Source: Gammaproteobacteria bacterium (GTDB lineage: Bacteria; Pseudomonadota; Gammaproteobacteria; Eutrophobiales; Eutrophobiaceae). From it: a DNA stretch of 64,000 bases. Under the pieces are notes generated by a model. It was not told the origin of the DNA and did no database searches. It saw only the letters and a list, made by a program, of their open reading frames with translations. The stretch covers positions 2,626,649 through 2,690,648 of the forward strand of contig OZ252091.1 of assembly GCA_965248145.1 (NCBI GenBank). The letters are read 5' to 3'. This document shows positions 57,289 through 64,000 of the stretch, piece by piece. Each line of letters begins with the position of its first letter. Position 1 is the first letter of the stretch. Made by a program: the position numbers and the translations under genes.

Positions 57289-58830
57289 ATGCCAGCTAAG
57301 AGGTTATCCATGCGCAAGATAAAAGAAGTACTTCGCCTGAAATGGGCAAACCATTGCAGTAACCGCCAGATCGCCAGGATCTGCAGTATCAGCCGTCCCA
57401 CCGTGGCTGAATATTTACTACGGGCACAAACGGCCCAGCTTGGCTGGCCACTAGCGCCAGAGCTGGATGATGGTGAGTTGGAACAACGCTTATTCCCCGC
57501 GACACCCAACCTGCCTGCCAGTGCACGCGGGGTGCCGGATTGGCCCGGCGTCTATCAAGACATGAGAGGCAAGAGCGTCACCCTGTTCCTGTTGTGGCAG
57601 GAGTATCGGGCAGGGTACCCGCAAGGGTATCAGTACAGTTGGTTCTGTCAGCACTATCGCGACTGGTTGAACAAACGGGACCCGGTGATGCGTCAGCACC
57701 ATCGCGCCGGTGAGAAGTTGTTCGTGGACTATGCCGGCCAAACCATCGGCGTGGTTGACAGCAGCACCGGTGAAATCCGTGATGCCCAGGTCTTTGTGGC
57801 CACGCTGGGCGCCTCCAACTATACCTATGCGGAAGCGACCTGGACGCAGACATTACCGGATTGGATAGCTTCCCATCAACGGGCCTTTCAGTTTATTGCG
57901 GGCGTGACCGAGGTCGTGGTCCCCGATAATTTACGCGCCGGGGTATCCAAAGCCCACCGTTACGAGCCGGACATCAATCCGACTTACCAGGACATGGCTG
58001 CGCATTACAACGTCGCCGTGGTACCTGCCCGTGTCAGGCGGCCCAGGGACAAAGCCAAGGTCGAAGTTGCCGTACAGGTAGTGGAACGTTGGATCCTGGC
58101 GGCGCTTCGCCGGCATACATTCTTCTCACTCGGTGAACTCAACCAGTGTATTGGACAACTGCTGACAGAGTTCAATGAACGGCCCTTCCAGAAATTACCG
58201 GGTTGTAGAAAAAGCGTGTTTGAAGCAGTGGATAAACCCGCACTGAAACCACTACCGACCAAACCCTACCAATACGCCGAGTGGAAAAAGGTGCGGGTCC
58301 ACATTGACTACCATGTCGAGGTCGATGGCCATTACTACTCGGTACCTTATACGCTGATCAAACAACAACTCGAGGCACGTATGACCCACTGTACGATTGA
58401 ATGCTTCCATAAAGGCCAGCGGGTGGCCAGTCATCCTCGCTCCCGGATAAAAGGGCGGCATACCACGGTGAACGAACATATGCCGACAACGCACCGGCAA
58501 TATGGTGACTGGTCGCCGCAACGTTTGACTGCCTGGGCAGAGAAGATGGGACCGGCCACTGTCAACGTGGTGACCCACATCCTTTCGGCCAGAGTACACC
58601 CGCAACAGGGTTACCGCGCCTGCTTAGGGATCTTACGTCTGGGTAAGGCCTATGGTGAGGCACGATTGGAAGCCGCCTGCCAACGGGCCGGACAACTCGG
58701 CACCTACCGCTATAGAAGTATTGAATCGATCTTGAAACACCGTCTGGAGAACCAACCCCTCCCGGCACAACAAGAACAGAACCTACCCCAGGACCACGGC
58801 AATATCCGTGGTGCTGATTATTATCAATAA
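57289..58830 (+). CDS. istA: IS21-family transposase IstA.
   Basis: 513 aa with an N-terminal HTH (MRKIKEVLRLKW...) and a DDE integrase core. Confidence 0.9.
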   Translation: MPAKRLSMRKIKEVLRLKWANHCSNRQIARICSISRPTVAEYLLRAQTAQLGWPLAPELDDGELEQRLFPATPNLPASARGVPDWPGVYQDMRGKSVTLFLLWQEYRAGYPQGYQYSWFCQHYRDWLNKRDPVMRQHHRAGEKLFVDYAGQTIGVVDSSTGEIRDAQVFVATLGASNYTYAEATWTQTLPDWIASHQRAFQFIAGVTEVVVPDNLRAGVSKAHRYEPDINPTYQDMAAHYNVAVVPARVRRPRDKAKVEVAVQVVERWILAALRRHTFFSLGELNQCIGQLLTEFNERPFQKLPGCRKSVFEAVDKPALKPLPTKPYQYAEWKKVRVHIDYHVEVDGHYYSVPYTLIKQQLEARMTHCTIECFHKGQRVASHPRSRIKGRHTTVNEHMPTTHRQYGDWSPQRLTAWAEKMGPATVNVVTHILSARVHPQQGYRACLGILRLGKAYGEARLEAACQRAGQLGTYRYRSIESILKHRLENQPLPAQQEQNLPQDHGNIRGADYYQ

Positions 58831-58847
58831 ACCTGAAGGAGAGCGCG

Positions 58848-59579
58848 ATGTTACACCATCCCACCCTGGAGAAATTAACCACCCTGAAATTCACCGGCAT
58901 GGTCAAAGCCCTGACGGAGCAAACAGCCTTACCCGACATTGAGCAACTGAGCTTTGAGGAGCGGTTAGGATTGCTGGTTGACCGGGAACTCACCGAGCGG
59001 TATGACCGCCGCTTGCAGACCCGCTTGCGCAAAGCCCGGTTAAAACAACAGGCCTGCATTGAAGATATTGACTACCGCCATCGCCGCGGTCTGGATAAAT
59101 CACTCTTCACTCGCTTGAGTCAGTGCCAGTGGGTGAAAGAGCGCCTCAATATCCTCATCACCGGTCCGACCGGTGTCGGCAAGACCTGGTTGGCCTGTGC
59201 CCTGGCACAAAAGGCCTGCCGGGAAGGTCATACGGCGCTCTACCTGCGCCTGCCACGCTTACTGCAGGAACTCCCCATTGCCAAAGGTGATGGTAGTTAC
59301 TCTAAACGGATGGCCGCACTGGCCAAAACCGACGTCGTGGTACTGGATGACTGGGGCCTGGCCAAACTTATTCCAGAACAACAGCGTGATTTACTCGAGC
59401 TACTGGAAGACCGACATGGCACCCGCTCTACTTTGGTCACCAGTCAATTACCTGTCGATAAATGGTACGATATCATCGGCGACCCCACCTTGGCAGATGC
59501 CATCATGGACCGACTGATCCATAACGCATACAAAATCAATTTGAAAGGAGAATCCATGCGAAAACAAAAATTAAGTTGA
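58848..59579 (+). CDS. istB: IS21-family helper ATPase IstB.
   Basis: Walker A GPTGVGKTWLA and Walker B VVVLDDWG. Length 243 aa. Confidence 0.9.
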   Translation: MLHHPTLEKLTTLKFTGMVKALTEQTALPDIEQLSFEERLGLLVDRELTERYDRRLQTRLRKARLKQQACIEDIDYRHRRGLDKSLFTRLSQCQWVKERLNILITGPTGVGKTWLACALAQKACREGHTALYLRLPRLLQELPIAKGDGSYSKRMAALAKTDVVVLDDWGLAKLIPEQQRDLLELLEDRHGTRSTLVTSQLPVDKWYDIIGDPTLADAIMDRLIHNAYKINLKGESMRKQKLS

Positions 59580-59763
59580 CGATGAGGACTGAAAGCGAGT
59601 AAAAGTAAAAAACACCCTGCGTCGCTGCGCTCCGATAGGTGGCAGCTTTGCCTTGGTTCAGGTGGCAGGCTTCACGTGGTTTGGGTGGCAGACTTCGCTG
59701 GAATATGCACCGATGAGACGGGTTTAACGCCGAATGTCGCAGAGAAAGACAGGGAAAGCAAAA

Positions 59764-60396
59764 TCAGGAAAGAGGTTGAATTAACCCCTCCCCCTGATGG
59801 CGGGGATTGTTCACCTGATTGCTGACGGGATACGCCGCCATGTCGCCTGCATAGGGTTTGAGCAGCTTCTCACCGCCTTTATGTAGCCATGTATCATAGG
59901 CATCCGGGGCGATAATCACCGGCATTCTGTTATGTATCCCGGTCAGGTAAGAAGTTGCGGCCGTCGTGATGATTGCACAGCTTTCGACTGTTTTGTCCGA
60001 ACCATGCCAGTACGACCAGATCCCTGCAAACGAAAACAGGTCCGTATCAGTCAACCGGATGAAATAAGGCTGCTTCCTGCCGTTCACAACCTGCCATTCG
60101 TAGTAACCGTTTGCGGGGATCAGACACCTGCGCTGCTTGAAGGCTTCCCGAAACCAGGGTTTTTCAGTGATGCTCTCGGCCCGGGCATTAATTGGCTTCA
60201 ACTTGGTATCTTTGGCCCAGTGGGGTATCAGTTCCCAATGACAACTGGCTAAATCTCTGACACCGCGACTGCGGACAATCGGAATATAGCTGGATGGGGC
60301 AATATTGTAGCTATTGCTGACAGCAGGGACATCGGATAATCCGTAATGTGTTGATATCCTGTCTTTACTGTTCCATAAGGCAAACCGGCCGCACAT
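59764..60396 (-). CDS. SOS-response-associated peptidase (SRAP / YedK / HMCES family).
   Basis: N-terminal MCGRF with catalytic Cys2. Length 210 aa. Confidence 0.85.
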   Translation of the reverse strand: MCGRFALWNSKDRISTHYGLSDVPAVSNSYNIAPSSYIPIVRSRGVRDLASCHWELIPHWAKDTKLKPINARAESITEKPWFREAFKQRRCLIPANGYYEWQVVNGRKQPYFIRLTDTDLFSFAGIWSYWHGSDKTVESCAIITTAATSYLTGIHNRMPVIIAPDAYDTWLHKGGEKLLKPYAGDMAAYPVSNQVNNPRHQGEGLIQPLS

Positions 60397-60433
60397 GAGG
60401 ACAGCTCAACGCCTTGCCGGTATCATAGTCCCC

Positions 60434-60850
60434 TCAATCCATCAGACCGATATGATGCGCATGAAACGGATTATCGATTAGAGTTTTCCATGTGCCGTCT
60501 GGTTGCCGTTTGACCACGTTACCGTCATATGACGATACATTAATCTCCTCGCCTTCCGGCGATGTACCCTTTATTTCCCATTTCAAAGTAAAGAATGCCA
60601 CATCATCAACCTCTATGAACTGCAATACTTCCACCTTCAATTTTGGTTTGATTGCCTGAAATTCTTCGATTGCCTTACGAATGTTATCCAGACCGGTTAT
60701 TACCGGTTCACCGGGGGCCTGTACGAAAACGGCATTTTCAGCGTACAAAGACATTGCCTTATCAAGATCACATTCGTTCATCGCCTCCTGAAATATTTCG
60801 TCAACGCGGCGTGCCGTCAGCGGTTTTTCATAGTTGTTTTTTTCGCTCAT
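60434..60850 (-). CDS. NTF2/SnoaL-like small protein.
   Basis: 138 aa with an NTF2-fold pattern. Confidence 0.45.
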   Translation of the reverse strand: MSEKNNYEKPLTARRVDEIFQEAMNECDLDKAMSLYAENAVFVQAPGEPVITGLDNIRKAIEEFQAIKPKLKVEVLQFIEVDDVAFFTLKWEIKGTSPEGEEINVSSYDGNVVKRQPDGTWKTLIDNPFHAHHIGLMD

Positions 60851-60870
60851 AACTCATCTTCAATTTAAAG

Positions 60871-61761
60871 TTATAGCTTCCATGCATGATTCGAAGCCCA
60901 CTCAGAAAAAGTGGTCAATTTGTCGACAGGCAGTTGTTTAAGCACCTTGTCTATGTCGGTCACAAACCCGGGGTCATAGTCCTTATTTTCTATCCACCAT
61001 TGATTAAGTGCTTTTATTTCACGGGCAGGACGTTTACCGGCAAAATTCTCTATGTATCCTGCAAAATTATCGATATCTGCCTGCTCATATCTCAATTCTA
61101 TTCCTGTAATCCCAGAAATTCGCTCCGCTATCTCATTACCATCCAACTGCTCCGGTCCTCCCACGTCAATAAAGGAACCGGCAAGCTCGGGATGTTCCAA
61201 CGCGGAAACACAAAATTTTGCCATATCCCAGGCACTTATCCAGGATACTTTTCGATCTGCCGGATGGACGTATGTGACAACTTGCCTTTGAGAAAGAGGT
61301 TCCATAGTCCAGGGGCCTAACAGATTTTCCATGTAGAAAGTCGGGCGAACGACAATAAACGGCACATCACTCTGTAACAGCCGCCCTTCCATTTTTCGTT
61401 TTAGTTCAAACGGCCATATATTTGTAGGCATTGCCGGTACGCGTGTACTGGAATTAAAAACCAGTAATTTGATTTTCGCCTTTTCTGCCGCATACAGTAC
61501 ATTTTGAAAATAGGGCATAATCAACTCTTCATCATATACAAGCGGCAGCATCAAAAATACTGCGTCCATGCCGGCTGATGCAAAACTCAGGCTGTCGGAG
61601 TCAAGCAGGTCACCGGTGACTACGTCACAGCCTTGTTTCCGAAACTCAGCAACTCTGTTCGGGTCCCTTAAGATGACTCGCACATAATGGTTACTTCGCA
61701 GCAATTGGACAGGCACTGGCGCTCCCTGCACGCCCGTTGCTCCATAACACAATACTTTCAT
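60871..61761 (-). CDS. NmrA-family NAD(P)-binding protein.
   Basis: N-terminal Rossmann motif VLCYGATGVQG. Start chosen at MKVLCYGATG. Confidence 0.7.
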   Translation of the reverse strand: MKVLCYGATGVQGAPVPVQLLRSNHYVRVILRDPNRVAEFRKQGCDVVTGDLLDSDSLSFASAGMDAVFLMLPLVYDEELIMPYFQNVLYAAEKAKIKLLVFNSSTRVPAMPTNIWPFELKRKMEGRLLQSDVPFIVVRPTFYMENLLGPWTMEPLSQRQVVTYVHPADRKVSWISAWDMAKFCVSALEHPELAGSFIDVGGPEQLDGNEIAERISGITGIELRYEQADIDNFAGYIENFAGKRPAREIKALNQWWIENKDYDPGFVTDIDKVLKQLPVDKLTTFSEWASNHAWKL

Positions 61762-61782
61762 TAACAAGATCCCTTGGTAAGA

Positions 61783-62847
61783 CTACTTCACGGTTATTTT
61801 AGGGCGGATGTTGTCAGTAAAATTGCGCATCCCTTCTATATAGTCTTCAAAACAAAACATAAAACCCTCTACTTCGCTTGACTCAGCTATTTCATCGATT
61901 TTTTGTGCAATGGTATCATTTGAACCATAGATAACGGGGAATCCCATAAATATGGTATTCCCATCTTCAGCGGGATTGTTGACGCCTTCGCGAAAGTACT
62001 TTGCAGAGCCCTGGCTGGCCTTATTCTGCATCTGGATTTCAACCATGCGGTCAATGGCTTGCTTATCCGATTTCAGTAGTATTTCTTCAACTCTGTCTTT
62101 AGCATGCTCATCAGTTTCCCCGGGAATTATGTGGAATAAGGCCAGAGTTTCCACTTTACGCTGATGCGAAGCGGCTAAATCCTTGAGCGACTCCGCATGT
62201 TGTAGTAATCGTTGGGGAGCGGCAAAAACAAAGCTGTAATCACAATATTGTGCGGTAAACTCTCTACCGGCCGGTGATGAGCCTGCGTTTACCAACGGTA
62301 TATGATGTTCGGGTTTCATGGGCGCCTGGCAGTCATCCAAAGACCATAAAGGGCTTTCGTAAGAGCAACTTCCCCGTTCCCATAATTCATTAAGGATATG
62401 AACATAGTGTGCTGCGTGTTCGTATCGCTCTGAATAATATGCGTCCCCAGGCCAGGCGCCGAATTGGGTATATTCCGGTTTCCAGCCACCGGTAACGATA
62501 TTCAGGCCTATCCGACCGTCGCTCACATCGTCAATCATTGCCATCATTCTTGCGGCAAATTGTGGGTGAACACTTAATATTCCTGCTGTCGCAAATAACA
62601 TAATCCTGTCAGTGGATTCAGCCAATGCAGACATGAGTGTAAAACTCTCACTGTAGTAGTCCCAGAATTCCGTACTTCCGCCAAATCCCCTGTACTTGAC
62701 CATGGATAATGCAAAATCATAATCCAGCTTTTCCGCTTCCTGCGTTATGGATTTTTGAATTTCATAAGTGGGCAGGTATTGAGGCGCCGCTTCGGAAACA
62801 ATATAACCGTTATTAGCATTAGGTAAAAAAACGCCATATTTTGTCAT
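61783..62847 (-). CDS. LLM-class (luciferase-like) flavin-dependent oxidoreductase.
   Basis: 354 aa with TIM-barrel luciferase-like blocks (…RIGLNIVTGGW…). Confidence 0.7.
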   Translation of the reverse strand: MTKYGVFLPNANNGYIVSEAAPQYLPTYEIQKSITQEAEKLDYDFALSMVKYRGFGGSTEFWDYYSESFTLMSALAESTDRIMLFATAGILSVHPQFAARMMAMIDDVSDGRIGLNIVTGGWKPEYTQFGAWPGDAYYSERYEHAAHYVHILNELWERGSCSYESPLWSLDDCQAPMKPEHHIPLVNAGSSPAGREFTAQYCDYSFVFAAPQRLLQHAESLKDLAASHQRKVETLALFHIIPGETDEHAKDRVEEILLKSDKQAIDRMVEIQMQNKASQGSAKYFREGVNNPAEDGNTIFMGFPVIYGSNDTIAQKIDEIAESSEVEGFMFCFEDYIEGMRNFTDNIRPKITVK

Positions 62848-62874
62848 GGCTATATTCCCTGTTCCCTATATCAA

Positions 62875-63315
62875 CTATGAAGAGGTCTCAATTAAATGTC
62901 GAAGTCGATATACTTCCGTTTGATGAGTCGCGCAAAGCAAGCGCCAGTCATCGTCAGCCCACTCTGCATTACGCCAGGCCATTAAAGACAGCAGGGACGT
63001 TTCGGGATTTCTTCCTATCACCGGCCCTGGAGTTACCCGGATCACGATCCACGGTTGCAATTCTCCCCCGAGGTATCCCACCTCATAATCTATTTGATGT
63101 ATCTGTTCCAGTACCCGAATCCTGAATATGGTTTCCCCACCATCGTAAAGGCTCCTTCCTTTGTAAACGCCATCTTCTAACGGAGTTATTGGTGCCCATG
63201 CTCCGAATGCCCAATCACCTGTTCTTTCTTGATCTTGCAGGAAAGTCATTATTTCCTGTGGAGATGCATTGATAAGAATGCTTGCCGTATAGCAATGTTC
63301 ATCAATCAGATTCAT
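62875..63315 (-). CDS. SRPBCC-superfamily (polyketide-cyclase / START-like) protein.
   Basis: 146 aa. Weak fold-level similarity. Confidence 0.4.
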   Translation of the reverse strand: MNLIDEHCYTASILINASPQEIMTFLQDQERTGDWAFGAWAPITPLEDGVYKGRSLYDGGETIFRIRVLEQIHQIDYEVGYLGGELQPWIVIRVTPGPVIGRNPETSLLSLMAWRNAEWADDDWRLLCATHQTEVYRLRHLIETSS

Positions 63316-63425
63316 GCGCTAATAACCTTCAGTTAAGAGGCGCCGCGTACAACGACCAGCCCCATCGTTATGCTATAGAGTAACGTTCAAAGATTCCTGC
63401 TATCAGGGAGTCTGATGGTTTATGC

Positions 63426-64000
63426 TCAAAAACTGTAATTCAAATTTACATACCACTGACGCCCACGATCAAATACCTCAAGGTACTGCCCGAAGCCGGC
63501 CTGGTAACTACCGGTTATCCGATAATTTTTATCACCAATATTGTCCACACCACCGGCCACGGAAACTCCCGTATTCCTGAAATCCCAGCGTGCGCTGATA
63601 TTGACAAGGTGGTAATCATCCTGAAAAAGCTCCGGTACATTGAAGTTATTATCATTAGTGAAATAATCGGATCGATAAATCCATTCCACTCTTGGTGTCA
63701 GAGTACCCCATTCACCGAGAAAGATATCTTTTTGCACCTGGGCATTTCCTGTCCACTCCGAGATATGCTCAAAACGGCTATCGAGCGTAATATTCGGGAC
63801 GCGGGGGGTACCATCCGGGTTTACCGCCAGTTCTGTAAATTCGGGATCGATATATCCCGCGCTGGCTGTTATCAGCCAACCGTCAGCAGGCCTGGCGGAA
63901 AGCTCCATTTCAAGACCCTTAATTTCAGCTTCACCGGCAGTCTCTATGAATGCGCCGATACGCGGTGGCCCTGACACAAGTAACTGCAGGTCCGTATAAT
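63426..64000 (-). CDS. TonB-dependent receptor, C-terminal part (gene continues beyond the window end).
   Basis: The C-terminal barrel strand ends in ...YVNLNYSF (terminal Phe). The N-terminus lies outside the window. Confidence 0.6.
   Translation of the reverse strand, partial: YTDLQLLVSGPPRIGAFIETAGEAEIKGLEMELSARPADGWLITASAGYIDPEFTELAVNPDGTPRVPNITLDSRFEHISEWTGNAQVQKDIFLGEWGTLTPRVEWIYRSDYFTNDNNFNVPELFQDDYHLVNISARWDFRNTGVSVAGGVDNIGDKNYRITGSYQAGFGQYLEVFDRGRQWYVNLNYSF

Larger units (their letters stand above)
57109..59709 (+). mobile_element. IS21-family insertion sequence (2,601 bp), carrying istA and istB.
   Basis: Terminal inverted repeats TGCATATTCCAG ... CTGGAATATGCA, with multiple subterminal CTGCCACC / GGTGGCAG repeats. 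An 8-bp direct target duplication CCGATGAG sits at 57101-57108 and 59710-59717. Confidence 0.85.

Noticed and set aside
1-64000. Search for tRNA, rRNA, tmRNA or obvious riboswitch-like conserved structures.
   Set aside because: I saw no cloverleaf-compatible segments with a T-loop GTTCRANYC motif, and no rRNA-like stretches. The divergent region at 2340-2506 shows no recognisable riboswitch motif.

Overview
This 64-kb window looks like a chromosomal segment from a Proteobacteria-like genome. Flanking GC looks roughly 45-50% by eye; I did not compute it.

Main contents, in order:

1. Aromatic/phenolic catabolic cluster, about 0.2-10.9 kb. It carries a molybdopterin oxidoreductase, UbiX, a VAO-type flavoprotein, a VdcD-like small subunit, a UbiD-family decarboxylase, a PCMH-like flavocytochrome c (PchC/PchF-like), an unusual NTF2-like + tandem-CDGSH fusion, and a Rieske oxygenase alpha subunit.

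2. GC-rich island, about 12.4-17.2 kb. It encodes a giant multidomain adhesin-like protein with cadherin/VCBS-like repeats, FN3, a eukaryote-like SRCR domain and Calx-beta. Its 5' end carries about 43 copies of a GAGAGCC heptanucleotide repeat just downstream of a sigma70-like promoter, and the gene is split by a +1 frameshift in a G-run.

3. A permease, psd, a TetR regulator, a Tat-exported FAD oxidase, an aldo/keto reductase and a TonB-dependent receptor.

4. A complete nuoA-N operon on the minus strand (26.9-41.9 kb), with nuoC and nuoD as separate genes.

5. An accessory region (42-60 kb) packed with toxin-antitoxin modules, a metal-homeostasis cluster, a REP-associated tyrosine transposase with arrays of REP elements, an 118-bp segmental duplication bracketing a TA module, and an IS21-family element with an 8-bp target-site duplication.

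6. SRAP, NTF2-like, NmrA, LLM oxidoreductase and SRPBCC genes, ending in a partial TonB-dependent receptor.

Two families of small palindromic intergenic repeats (MITE-like) recur through the window, including inside the nuo operon. I found no rRNA, tRNA or CRISPR. Start codons were refined by eye and should be treated as approximate.
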